A DNA stretch of 64,000 bases from an uncultured Gammaproteobacteria bacterium (GCA_913031205.1 CAJWEM010000002.1:14107-78106), one strand, 5' to 3'; counted from the stretch's first letter, positions 42,018-51,628 are shown. The notes: generated by a model from the sequence alone, not told the origin. Translations and numbers: made by a program.

Positions 42018-42489
42018 TTAATATTTGTGTGCCCTCTTCAGACATATTCCAGAGTTCTTCCATATCTTTATTATTTAATGCAATACAACCATCAGTCCAG
42101 TCTGAACTGTTATATAAGTATTGAGATAAAACCGAAATAGAGGGCAGACCATGGATAGCAATGTGGCTTCCTGGATTTAGATTGTTTTTTTCTGCTACTC
42201 TTTTATCATGAAAATTTGGATAAGATGTGTGAAGTGATAGAAAGAATTTACTTTTTGCATTCTTTCCATCAATAAAGTAATACCCTTCAGGCGTTTTCTT
42301 ATCTCCTTCTTTTAATTTATGACCTATAGGATTTTTTCCAATCGCTATATCATATTTTTTTATCACTTTATCGTCTTTGACCGCATACAATACTCTTTGG
42401 GATTTTTTAATGATGATCATATCAATGGAGTTCTGTGCGTATAATGAAAATGAAAATAAGAACAAAAAAATAATAAAAAAATATTTCAT
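42007..42489 (-). CDS. L,D-transpeptidase (YkuD domain)
   Basis: Signal peptide followed by a catalytic motif HG...S...GCIAL. Confidence 0.85.
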   Translation of the reverse strand: MKYFFIIFLFLFSFSLYAQNSIDMIIIKKSQRVLYAVKDDKVIKKYDIAIGKNPIGHKLKEGDKKTPEGYYFIDGKNAKSKFFLSLHTSYPNFHDKRVAEKNNLNPGSHIAIHGLPSISVLSQYLYNSSDWTDGCIALNNKDMEELWNMSEEGTQILIKP

Positions 42490-43301
42490 TTTTTATCCTC
42501 TAGCAATAGTTCCGGGTTAATTTTTATTCTATTCCAATAAACATTCATGTGTAGGTGCGGACCTGTAACTCTTCCTGTCATTCCAATTGTGCCAATTATA
42601 TGACCTTGTTTTACCATGTCACCCTCTGAGACATTTATATCTTCCATGTGTATATACATTGATTTCAATTTATAGCCATGCCCAATAATAACTATATTAC
42701 CAGTGTAATATAAGCCTTTTTCAGCCATTAGCACTTTCCCTGCTGCTATAGATTTAATTGGCGTACCAACAGGTGCAGCAATATCAAGACCTCCATGTGG
42801 ATTTTTCTTTAATCCATTTAAAATTCTCTGACTACCAAAAATACCTGAAATTCTTCCCTCGGCAGGCCATATAAATTTTGTGGTAAATGTTTTACTTTTA
42901 TATCTTTTTTTAAGTGCTTGCCCAATCAATAACCTATCACTTTTTATTTTTTCATATAATTCTGGTCCTGGCGTAACCATTTTTGATGGCAAACCATCAA
43001 TTCTTTCTATTTTGTATTCACTTTTTGAAATATCTAGATTATAAGTTTCAGTTCTATCTGAAAAGTCAATTTGAAGAATAGAAGATTTTTTATGATTTCT
43101 TCCAAAACCAAAAATAAAATAACCTTCATTATTAAGCTCTAACTCTAGATTGTCGAAAAAAACTTTTTTTGCTTGTTTATTCTGACCAATTATTACCCCG
43201 CCTTGTACGAATTCTCCAAAAAACTCTGTCTCAGACGATAAAGCGTTTGTCGAAAAAAACAAAAAAAATATAAAAATATTTCTGATATATTGATTCATCA
43301 A
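42486..43301 (-). CDS. M23 family metallopeptidase (LytM domain)
   Basis: Signal peptide; HxxxD-like GGLDIAAPVGTP and HLHMNVYW motifs. Confidence 0.85.
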   Translation of the reverse strand: MMNQYIRNIFIFFLFFSTNALSSETEFFGEFVQGGVIIGQNKQAKKVFFDNLELELNNEGYFIFGFGRNHKKSSILQIDFSDRTETYNLDISKSEYKIERIDGLPSKMVTPGPELYEKIKSDRLLIGQALKKRYKSKTFTTKFIWPAEGRISGIFGSQRILNGLKKNPHGGLDIAAPVGTPIKSIAAGKVLMAEKGLYYTGNIVIIGHGYKLKSMYIHMEDINVSEGDMVKQGHIIGTIGMTGRVTGPHLHMNVYWNRIKINPELLLEDKK

Positions 43302-43843
43302 ATATTATTTTTTAATTCTTCGATGATCTCTTGTGCGTGTTTGCTTGGGCTGACTTTTTTATAAATTTTGTGAATTTTACCAGCAGGATTTATTATAAAA
43401 GTGTGCCTACTTGCATATTTGAATCCAACGAATGATCCAAAGCTATCATATTTCTTAGCAACCTCACCATTTGTATCTGCTAACAAGGGAAACGGTAGCG
43501 AGTATTTTTCAGAAAATTCTTTATGGCTTTCATTTGAATCAACACTGACACCTAATATACTTATATTGAGTTTGTTAATAATTTCTATGTTATCTCGAAA
43601 GTTACACGCTTCGGTTGTACATCCAGGAGTGTCATCTTTTGGGTAGAAATATAATACCAGCCATTTATCTTTATAATCAGATAAAGATCTCTCTATATTG
43701 TCTTGATCAGTTAGAGTAAAACTTGGCGCATCCATACCAATAATTAGTTCCTCCTCATCAGCATTTGCGTTAAAAACAATAAATGCAGATAATAATATTA
43801 AGTAAATATATGTATTTTTTAAGATCATAATCAATGTTATCAA
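43298..43843 (-). CDS. bcp: Secreted/periplasmic peroxiredoxin (Bcp/PrxQ type)
   Basis: 181 aa with a signal peptide and the motif YFYPKDDTPGCTTEAC. Confidence 0.85.
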   Translation of the reverse strand: MITLIMILKNTYIYLILLSAFIVFNANADEEELIIGMDAPSFTLTDQDNIERSLSDYKDKWLVLYFYPKDDTPGCTTEACNFRDNIEIINKLNISILGVSVDSNESHKEFSEKYSLPFPLLADTNGEVAKKYDSFGSFVGFKYASRHTFIINPAGKIHKIYKKVSPSKHAQEIIEELKNNI

Positions 43844-44322
43844 AATTTAAAACAACCATTTTAATTATATTATTTTGTTTAATAAATGTACATCATGCAG
43901 TTGGCTATGATTTGCCAAATGAGTTTTCTGGAGAAGTTATAAAAGTTATTGATGGCGATACAATACACTTAGAATCAAAAAATATCTCGAAAATTAAGAT
44001 AAGACTTGCAGATATTGATACACCTGAGCTAAATCAGCCATATGGGAAAAAATCAAAAAAAATCTTAGAAACTCTGATTCTTGGCGAAGAAGTAATGATT
44101 AAAAAGGTTGGTGTTGATAGATATAAAAGGGTAATTGGAATAGTCATGAAAGATAACCTTGATGTAAATCATTTCCTAGTCATTAATGGACATGCATGGT
44201 GTTATGATTACTATAATAAAAGACCCATAATTAAGATTGCAGAATCAATAGCAAAAAGAAAAAAGATCGGTATATGGAAAAATCAAAATGCAATACCGCC
44301 CTGGGAATGGAGAAAAAAGTGA
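43834..44322 (+). CDS. Secreted thermonuclease (staphylococcal nuclease, SNase-like)
   Basis: 162 aa with a signal peptide. SNase core motifs are present (VIDGDTI, RLADIDTPE, and the Y..R...A..G.W region). Confidence 0.82.
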   Translation: MLSKFKTTILIILFCLINVHHAVGYDLPNEFSGEVIKVIDGDTIHLESKNISKIKIRLADIDTPELNQPYGKKSKKILETLILGEEVMIKKVGVDRYKRVIGIVMKDNLDVNHFLVINGHAWCYDYYNKRPIIKIAESIAKRKKIGIWKNQNAIPPWEWRKK

Positions 44323-44331
44323 CAAGATTAT

Positions 44332-45030
44332 ATGAATAACGAAGAAAAATTATATGGTTTTTATTTAACTTTATTCGTGGCAATGATTGTTTTAACAAAC
44401 ATCATTGGTGTAAAACTTTTTGAAGTTTTTTCTAATCCAAACACAGGCAGTTTTTTTTCTGAGCCAATCACTTTGACAACGGGAATTATTACTTATCCAT
44501 TGACTTTTCTTATTACTGATATTGTTTGTGAGGTTTTTGGTCAAAAGAAAGCAAGCCAAATGGTTATCTTTGGTTTTATTGCAAGCATTATGTCTCTTGT
44601 ATTTATTAAAATCGCAGTGATTCTTCCAGGATCCGAAGTTTGGATTAATGGCGCTCTAGGTTATGAAAATATAAATGACATGCAAAGAGCATATGAGTCT
44701 GTTTTTACTTTGCCAGGATTTTTGATTTCGGCTTCTATGCTTGCTTATTTAGTCGCACAACTTATTGATGTAAAAATATTTCATTTTATTAAGAAATTAA
44801 CTAGCGAGAAAAAATTATGGCTTAGAAATAATCTATCAACGATGTTTTCTCAATTGATTGATACAATAATTGTGAATTCTATTTTTCTGCATTTTGGTTT
44901 AAATCTTTCATGGGAAATTATAATAAATATTATAATTGCATCCTACATAGTAAAAGTATTTATTGCAGCAATTGATACTCCGCTTGTTTATGTAGGAGTA
45001 TATTTTACAAAAAAGTTTATAAATAAATAA
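44332..45030 (+). CDS. yhhQ: Queuosine-precursor transporter (YhhQ/DUF165 family)
   Basis: 232 aa, 6 TM. It is collinear with E. coli YhhQ in the motifs YPLTFLITD...VFG, IDVKIFHFIKK and WLRNNLSTMFSQLIDT. Confidence 0.72.
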   Translation: MNNEEKLYGFYLTLFVAMIVLTNIIGVKLFEVFSNPNTGSFFSEPITLTTGIITYPLTFLITDIVCEVFGQKKASQMVIFGFIASIMSLVFIKIAVILPGSEVWINGALGYENINDMQRAYESVFTLPGFLISASMLAYLVAQLIDVKIFHFIKKLTSEKKLWLRNNLSTMFSQLIDTIIVNSIFLHFGLNLSWEIIINIIIASYIVKVFIAAIDTPLVYVGVYFTKKFINK

Positions 45031-45033
45031 AGC

Positions 45034-45792
45034 TCAAGAGTCTTTGTTATTTGTTTTTTTTATTTTTATATCGACATATTTCATAATAGTTGTTTCAAAT
45101 CTCAAAAGCGCTAAAGTAAGTCCGACTGATTTGTCTAAGAACCCAAGTTGAAAAATATACATCTTCACAAACGCCCACAAACCTCTTAAAAAACCAATCA
45201 AATTACCACCCCTTTTTTTTTGAAAATTTTGCGTACTCCATGCGTCAATATACATACTCATTTTTTGATAATAATCTTTCATATCTTTGTAAGTTTCATG
45301 ATACAGGTTACCTTCTAATTTTTTTGGCTTGAAAGTATCTGGAATTATTAGGGACTCATGAACTAGATCATCATTGTAATTTGTTAATCTATTTGGATAC
45401 AATCTACATATCCAATCAGGATACCACCCAGAATGTTTAACTTCATAACCGAATGCTTTGCTTAATCGATTAACCATGTAAATTGAATCTTCTTTTTCAA
45501 TAACTTTTTTTATAGAATTTTTTAACTCTTCACTAATTTCCTCATCAGCATCAAGCATAAAAATCCACCGCGACGAGCATAATTTTTGAGCATCTTGTCT
45601 TTGCTTTCCAAAACCTGGCCATATTTCCGAAAAATGAATGTTATCTGTATATTTTTTTGCAATATCAATAGTTTTGTCTGAACTGCCAGAATCAAGTACC
45701 AAAATTTCATCAGCCCACTCAGCACTTTTTAGAGCTTTTTCTATAAAATCTTCTCCGTTTTTAACGATAATAATGACGCTTATTGTATTCAT
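45034..45792 (-). CDS. Family 2 glycosyltransferase (KdtX/WaaE-like LPS core glycosyltransferase)
   Basis: 252 aa. N-terminus ISVIIIVKNGEDFI..LDSGSSDKT with a DxD-like region (LDADEE). Confidence 0.8.
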   Translation of the reverse strand: MNTISVIIIVKNGEDFIEKALKSAEWADEILVLDSGSSDKTIDIAKKYTDNIHFSEIWPGFGKQRQDAQKLCSSRWIFMLDADEEISEELKNSIKKVIEKEDSIYMVNRLSKAFGYEVKHSGWYPDWICRLYPNRLTNYNDDLVHESLIIPDTFKPKKLEGNLYHETYKDMKDYYQKMSMYIDAWSTQNFQKKRGGNLIGFLRGLWAFVKMYIFQLGFLDKSVGLTLALLRFETTIMKYVDIKIKKTNNKDS

Positions 45793-45826
45793 TTACTTAT
45801 AAATTATATCATTTTTAGGTTTGTAT

Positions 45827-45903
45827 TGGTGGCCCCGGTAGGACTCGAACCTACGACAAATGGATTATGAGTCCACTGCTCTAACCAACTGAGCTACAGG
45901 GCC
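45827..45903 (-). tRNA. tRNA with a CAU anticodon. It could be an elongator tRNA-Met, or tRNA-Ile2 (lysidine) given the GGCCC/GGGCC acceptor stem.
   Basis: The reverse complement folds into a clean cloverleaf: GGCCCUGUAGCUCAGUUGGUUAGAGCAGUGGACUCAUAAUCCAUUUGUCGUAGGUUCGAGUCCUACCGGGGCCACCA. It has a 7-bp acceptor stem, D, anticodon (CAU) and T arms, and an encoded CCA. Confidence 0.9.
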
Positions 45904-46050
45904 TTGATGTTTATGAAGAAATTCATGGAAATATATAATACCATATTTGTTTGCTATATTGATAAAACTTGGGAGTTTTTGGGTTTGATACAAAACTCAT
46001 TAAACTTTGTGCAAATTTAAATTTAGATTATATTTTAGTAGAGTAAAGAT

Positions 46051-47151
46051 ATGAAATTAATAGCGATCTTTTTGTTCTGGATATTGAGCTCTTTAGCTAT
46101 TGCTGAGGAGGATAGTTATGGCCCAATTAAAGATAAAATTGATCAAAGTGAAATAAATTGGATTTTAGATCGACTTCCAGTCCAAGAGTCCAGAGGCGGC
46201 TCGACGAGTGGTTTAGAACCAGAAATCGATACAAATATCTCACAAAATTTCAAGAAAATTCAAGAATCTTTCGCAAAAAAAACCAAGGATAGATTAGCTA
46301 TTCTTTCCATGGCAGGAGAATACAAAGCGAATTTTGAATTTACAGAAATTTTCGGAAGTAATCCTAATTACAGTCTAGATAATCCCTACAAATCATGGGG
46401 AACTGAAACAATAATAGTTATTGAAAATAAGGAAAACTTTATTTCTCTACAACATGTTATGGCCATGTTTACAAAAGATAAGGATGGAAAAGTTAGAGGA
46501 CCATTTGTCCAAAAACATTGGCGTCAAGATTGGACTTACGAGGATAAAAAAATTTTGGAATTCCAAGGAAAGAATAAGTGGTTAATTCAAAATCATAGCG
46601 ACGTTCGAGGGACTTGGAGTCAAGCAGTTTATCAAGTTGATGACTCGCCAAGATATGAATCATATGGAACATGGATTCATGAAAATGGAGCATCAAATTG
46701 GATTAGTAAAATTACAAAACGCCCTTTACCTAGAAGAGAACATACCATTAGGAATGATTATGACCTTTTAAAAGGTATAAATAAGATCTCGGTCTTACCA
46801 TGGGGTTGGGTTATGGAAGAAAGTAATGAAAAGATTCAAGTTCCTTCCAATTTTATTGGCTCAGAGTATGGTTTAGCAAGATACCAAAAAGTTAAAAACT
46901 ATGATTTCAAAGCAGCATATGATTATTGGGATTCTACAAAAGAATATTGGGGCTTAGTTAGAGATAAGTGGGATAAAATTCTATTCTCAGAAGATAATTT
47001 TTGCTTAAGGAAAAAACATAAAAATAGCCCACTATTTATGCATCATTTCGCTCAAGCTGAGCAGTTTAAGGAATCCAAAGATGCTGCATCTGCTAAAGAG
47101 AGTATCGATGATACAATATCTAAATTTAAGGATGAAGCCTGTACTTCCTAA
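46051..47151 (+). CDS. Secreted hypothetical protein (Trp-rich), convergent with sodX
   Basis: 366 aa ORF with signal peptide ...SLAIA. No motif I recognise. Confidence 0.5.
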   Translation: MKLIAIFLFWILSSLAIAEEDSYGPIKDKIDQSEINWILDRLPVQESRGGSTSGLEPEIDTNISQNFKKIQESFAKKTKDRLAILSMAGEYKANFEFTEIFGSNPNYSLDNPYKSWGTETIIVIENKENFISLQHVMAMFTKDKDGKVRGPFVQKHWRQDWTYEDKKILEFQGKNKWLIQNHSDVRGTWSQAVYQVDDSPRYESYGTWIHENGASNWISKITKRPLPRREHTIRNDYDLLKGINKISVLPWGWVMEESNEKIQVPSNFIGSEYGLARYQKVKNYDFKAAYDYWDSTKEYWGLVRDKWDKILFSEDNFCLRKKHKNSPLFMHHFAQAEQFKESKDAASAKESIDDTISKFKDEACTS

Positions 47152-47153
47152 AC

Positions 47154-47459
47154 TTAGCTTTGAAAAAGCTTACATAAAAAGTTATTCGAACTAATCCTAA
47201 AAAAATACTTTCCTATAATATCTGATAAGTTATATGTTCTTTCACATGTTATAGATTTTGTTTTTGTATTATCACTGACTAGCTGAATTTCGTTCTCATA
47301 AATTTTCTTGAGTCTTTTTATTATTAAGCCGTGAACTTTGTCATTAACGACAACGATATCATTTTCATAGAAATTTTTTTTTCTAGCAATAAAAACAACA
47401 TCTTCATTACTCAATGTTGGCTCCATACTATCACCTGAAACCTTTAGGATTTTAAGCAT
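47154..47459 (-). CDS. sodX: Ni-SOD maturation protease SodX (S26 signal-peptidase-like)
   Basis: 101 aa with the catalytic motif VSGDSMEPTL. It lies directly downstream of sodN and overlaps it. Confidence 0.8.
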   Translation of the reverse strand: MLKILKVSGDSMEPTLSNEDVVFIARKKNFYENDIVVVNDKVHGLIIKRLKKIYENEIQLVSDNTKTKSITCERTYNLSDIIGKYFFRISSNNFLCKLFQS

Positions 47460-47922
47460 CTTCTAGCTTAGGACAAATTACTGGCATATTTGGTGGATAC
47501 GGCGATATCTTTTTCTCAGTTTCAATATCTTTGGAAGCCCAAAAGATTTCTGCAAATTGGTTTACCTTATCTAAAAGATCTTCAGCATTTGCTCTATCAA
47601 GAGTCTGTTTTGATTTTGAGCCTGACATCATAATACTGTGCACCAAATTATGTACTTCAGGAAATTTAGATATTTGCGGCTCCTTAAAATAATCTCCCCA
47701 AATCGTGATAACTTCTTTCTTTGCTATCTGTGCATGCTCTTCTTTTTGTGAAGTTAGTCTTGATATCTCAGCAATATTTTTTTTATTCAAATTTGACTCA
47801 TCGATATCATTTATTAAATCTATTAATCTTATAACACTAAGAACAGCATATTGGGCTGCTGCAGGGTCATATATTTTACAAGGTATGTCGCAATGGGCTG
47901 AAACCCTAGATATTTTAAACAT
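47452..47922 (-). CDS. sodN: Nickel-containing superoxide dismutase precursor
   Basis: 156 aa. The pro-peptide MFKISRVSA is followed by the Ni-hook HCDIPCKIYDP (mature N-terminus His-Cys-x-x-Pro-Cys). Confidence 0.85.
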   Translation of the reverse strand: MFKISRVSAHCDIPCKIYDPAAAQYAVLSVIRLIDLINDIDESNLNKKNIAEISRLTSQKEEHAQIAKKEVITIWGDYFKEPQISKFPEVHNLVHSIMMSGSKSKQTLDRANAEDLLDKVNQFAEIFWASKDIETEKKISPYPPNMPVICPKLEDA

Positions 47923-48645
47923 TAAGATCTCCTTTTCTAAAAATTAACTTAACTTTATACGAAAGCAATAATAATGAAAATACCAGACCAACTAAAAAGA
48001 CATCGTTTTGATGTAAGTGGAACAAGCTATTTGTTAAGTGTGCTTCTGCATTAAGTGAAAAAATTGATATTGATATAATAATTATTTTTTTCAAAACTTT
48101 TTATCTCCCTTTTAATAAGTTACCACTCCTTATTTAAGATTTGATTATTATTTGTATAAAAAAAAATATCAATAACTATTCTTATATATAAATAAATACT
48201 TTCATACATAGGGTAAAACTATATATAAATGTTTTATGGATATTTTTTTTTAAATAATTTTAAAAATTAACTCTCATTTAGGAGAACAATTTAAATTTAT
48301 GTAAAGGAAACTACGAATTTTTAAAATATTAATGAAAAAGTATGAATTGTATAAGCTAAGATCTTATAAGTTTTAGGCCTGCAAAATTTTTTTGTCACTG
48401 ACATTACAAGCAAATAAGGGTTTTGTAATTGAAGCTCAAAAAGACCACTTTTTAAATTTTCTTGAATTTTTATATAATTACAACATGATTTTCTAATATT
48501 CTCATTTTTTTTCACAGGATAAAATATTGATTTTATTGAATATTTAAATTTTGTTGAGAATAATTCTTATTTAGACTTGCAAATCATATTGAGAACGATT
48601 ACTATTCACCTCTAATTATTAATAATTAAATCTTAGGAGATAACA

Positions 48646-49854
48646 ATGAAAAAATTAGCGTTAGCAGCTTTACTAGCGATTACGCCAGTAACATTTGCTG
48701 AAACTCTAGAGCACGTTGAAGAGGAAGTTCATCTTGCAATGGAGACCATTCAGCAACTAAAAGCTGAAATTAATGAATTAAAAGCAGCTGTAAAAATGCA
48801 GGGCGAGATGGCTGAAGCTCAGCAATCTTCAATTGCAAAAGCAGCAAAAAAATTCGAAAAGATCACACTTGGTGGATATGGTGAATTACACTATAACGAC
48901 ACTGAGACAGATGGCGGAACTAAATCAAAATCTTTAGATGCACATAGATTTGTATTATTCTTCGGGTATGACTACTCTGACAGAGTAAGATTTAGATCTG
49001 AGTTCGAATTAGAGCACGCATTAGCAAAAGATACAGCAGATGGATCTGGACCTGGTGAAGTTGAATTAGAACAAATGTATGTTGAGATTGATCTTACAGA
49101 TCAGTTACAAACAAGATTTGGTGTGATTCTAATGCCAGTTGGTATCTTAAACGAAAACCATGAACCACCAACATTCTACGGTGTTGAAAGAAACGATGTT
49201 GAGAAATACTTAATTCCTACAACATGGTGGTCAGGTGGTGCTGAAATTATCTACAAGACAAACAACGGCATTATGCTTGAGTTAATGGTTTCTGAAGGTC
49301 TTGAAGGTTCAACATCTATGGATATCAGAGCAGGTCGTCAAAAATCTGCGAGTGCGGTTGCAAACGACTTAGCATACACAGGTAGACTTACATACACTGG
49401 TTTCCCAGGTTTGAAAGCTTCTGTATTCTACAACCATCAAGCTGACTTCACTCAGTTATCATCAGATAACATCGATAAGTTAGACTTATATGGTGCTTCA
49501 GCGATATATGGATTCGGTGATGGTTTTGAAATCAGAGCTATCCACGTACAAGCTGAGTTCGATGGAAAAGATGAGTCAGGTGCAGATTTCGCAGCTGGAT
49601 TCGATGAGCAACAAGGTACATTCCTTGAAGTGTCAAAAAGAACAGGTAACTTAGGTGTGTTCTTTAACAACTCAAATGTATCAGGTAACTCTGTATCAAG
49701 ACAGTACACTGTTATGCAATACGGTATCAGTTACTGGCCAATGGGCACAGATACAGTAGTAAAAATTAACTACTACGATAAAGAATACCCTAACCCAAGT
49801 AAAACATCTTCTAACTCAGATGGTGTGCACATAGGTATGGGTTACGTATGGTAA
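48646..49854 (+). CDS. Outer-membrane beta-barrel protein (putative porin) with an N-terminal coiled-coil segment
   Basis: Signal peptide ...PVTFA, heptad-like region EEVHLAMETIQQLKAEINELKAAVK, beta-strand-rich remainder and an aromatic C-terminus GMGYVW. Codon usage is of the high-expression type, as in the 17625 gene. Confidence 0.72.
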   Translation: MKKLALAALLAITPVTFAETLEHVEEEVHLAMETIQQLKAEINELKAAVKMQGEMAEAQQSSIAKAAKKFEKITLGGYGELHYNDTETDGGTKSKSLDAHRFVLFFGYDYSDRVRFRSEFELEHALAKDTADGSGPGEVELEQMYVEIDLTDQLQTRFGVILMPVGILNENHEPPTFYGVERNDVEKYLIPTTWWSGGAEIIYKTNNGIMLELMVSEGLEGSTSMDIRAGRQKSASAVANDLAYTGRLTYTGFPGLKASVFYNHQADFTQLSSDNIDKLDLYGASAIYGFGDGFEIRAIHVQAEFDGKDESGADFAAGFDEQQGTFLEVSKRTGNLGVFFNNSNVSGNSVSRQYTVMQYGISYWPMGTDTVVKINYYDKEYPNPSKTSSNSDGVHIGMGYVW

Positions 49855-50132
49855 TAGGTTAATAATAATAATAATTTTACAATAACAACACATTAGGGCG
49901 TGTTTTGGCTAGTTAACAATAAAGTTTAGTTTTTTCTCCTCCACTCAGTAAGAGCTAAACTTTAAAAACGAATGATTTGAAGAAATTCTCCTTGTTCTTT
50001 TCATTCTTAATATTTTAAACTTCGACGTTAACTAGCCATCCTTTTTTTAAGTTGTAAAATTAAAGGTTTTATACAGGTTTGATATCAGTTTTATGCAGTT
50101 TCCGATCTTTCACAATTATTTATAATTAAACT

Positions 50133-50639
50133 ATGAAAAAATTTATCGCAACAATCTTACTTCTTTCAATATCAATTTCAGGTAACGCTGAAAAGGTTCA
50201 TATGGAAAAAGATGCCTTTTTAAAGCAGGCTCTTGGTGTTTCTGAGGTCCCTTTACATAAATATATAATTCTTAAAGATGATGTTGCTGCTGGCGTGAAA
50301 GATATCTTAAAAGACACATATCATTTACCAGCAATTAAATACTATAAGAATGGCAACAAAGTTGGTTTTATTTTGGAAGCTATTGGAAAGCATGAGTTCA
50401 TTACAACAGGTTATGTCGTTGAAAATAATAAAATTTCAGACGCAAAGGTTCTAGTCTACCGTGAGAATTATGGCGGTGAAGTTGCTTATGACTTCTTTTT
50501 AAATCAAATTAAGGGTAACAGCCTCGCAAGTAAAGACAAGCTTTCAAACAGATTAAAAAATATCTCAGGCGCGACAATGTCTGTCAATTCGATGAGAAAA
50601 CTTTCTAAATTATCTCTGTTTTTATACTCTAAAATTTAA
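50133..50639 (+). CDS. Secreted FMN-binding domain protein, a substrate for ApbE flavinylation
   Basis: 168 aa with a signal peptide. It has the FMN_bind signature ISGATMS (the Thr that receives FMN), as in NqrC/RnfG. Confidence 0.72.
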   Translation: MKKFIATILLLSISISGNAEKVHMEKDAFLKQALGVSEVPLHKYIILKDDVAAGVKDILKDTYHLPAIKYYKNGNKVGFILEAIGKHEFITTGYVVENNKISDAKVLVYRENYGGEVAYDFFLNQIKGNSLASKDKLSNRLKNISGATMSVNSMRKLSKLSLFLYSKI

Positions 50640-50641
50640 TA

Positions 50642-51628
50642 TTATTCGCTCAAATATTTGATAAAACTTTTGGAGAATTTCTTCTCAAGATTTCCATCTT
50701 TATTTCTTAAATACATTAAAGCTATATTATTACTATTTGCGAAATTTATTATCTTGTCATGATCCATAGCAATTAACCCGGTTGCAAGTGCATCAGCGGT
50801 CGTGCAATCTTCATGAATCACAGTAACAAGTAAACTTAGATCAGAAATATTTTCCAATTTTTTCGGGTTTACAATATGACTAATTTCTTTTCCTTTATAT
50901 TCAACGAAATCTTGATAAGTCCCAGATGTTGCTACCGCTTCATTTGTTAAAAATATATCTTCAATGGTTTGTTTGTTCCCTGAAGGATCATCTATAGAAA
51001 CTTTAAATACCTCATCATTATCCTTGTTTACCTTTATTTCACCACCAATATTAATTAGAAAATTATTAATATTTATACTTTTTAAATAGCTTGCTATTAA
51101 GTCTACAGAATACCCTTTAGCTATCCCAGATAAATCAATATTTATATTTTTTTTGTTTTTTCTTATAGCTCTTCTTTCTTGTGATAAAACAATATCCTTA
51201 TAAGTAAAATTTCTAGATTTCCCTTTGATATATTTTATCTGATTAATATAAAAGCCTTTTTTAATTTTTATATCTCCTACAGTGGTGTCAAAGTAACCAT
51301 CCGTTAGTTCGCTTATTTGATTAGACTTTTCTAAAATCTTATATAAATGATGTGAAACAAATACGAATTTTGTTGTTTCAGAGCTATTAAATTTTGATAT
51401 CTCGGAATTATCTGAGTAATTAGAAGCTATTATGTCAATATTATAAATAATATTATCAATATTTTTTTGAATCGCCTCTTTATTTATTGTTTTATCAGAT
51501 TGAATTTGAACGAAATACACCGAGCCAAAAGCATTTCCTGATATCAGGTAATTATCTAGTTTGTTGCAACCAGATAATAACAAACAAAAAGAAATAATTA
51601 TGCTTTTAGAAAGATTTTTATGTTCCAT
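50642..51628 (-). CDS. apbE: FAD:protein FMN transferase (ApbE family lipoprotein)
   Basis: 328 aa with lipobox LLSGC and the ApbE motif DLSGIAKGYSVD. Confidence 0.8.
   Translation of the reverse strand: MEHKNLSKSIIISFCLLLSGCNKLDNYLISGNAFGSVYFVQIQSDKTINKEAIQKNIDNIIYNIDIIASNYSDNSEISKFNSSETTKFVFVSHHLYKILEKSNQISELTDGYFDTTVGDIKIKKGFYINQIKYIKGKSRNFTYKDIVLSQERRAIRKNKKNINIDLSGIAKGYSVDLIASYLKSININNFLINIGGEIKVNKDNDEVFKVSIDDPSGNKQTIEDIFLTNEAVATSGTYQDFVEYKGKEISHIVNPKKLENISDLSLLVTVIHEDCTTADALATGLIAMDHDKIINFANSNNIALMYLRNKDGNLEKKFSKSFIKYLSE

Noticed and set aside
45793-46050. tRNA(CAU) locus as a possible integration site for a genomic island.
   Set aside because: No integrase, direct repeat of the tRNA 3' end, or compositional shift follows it. 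The downstream genes (secreted protein, sodX, sodN) have the same AT content and codon usage as the rest of the window.
48321-48515. 64-aa minus-strand ORF in the long spacer upstream of the second OMP gene.
   Set aside because: No RBS and a Lys/Asn/Ile-rich low-complexity translation. It lies in ~30% GC DNA, where 60-codon open frames arise by chance.
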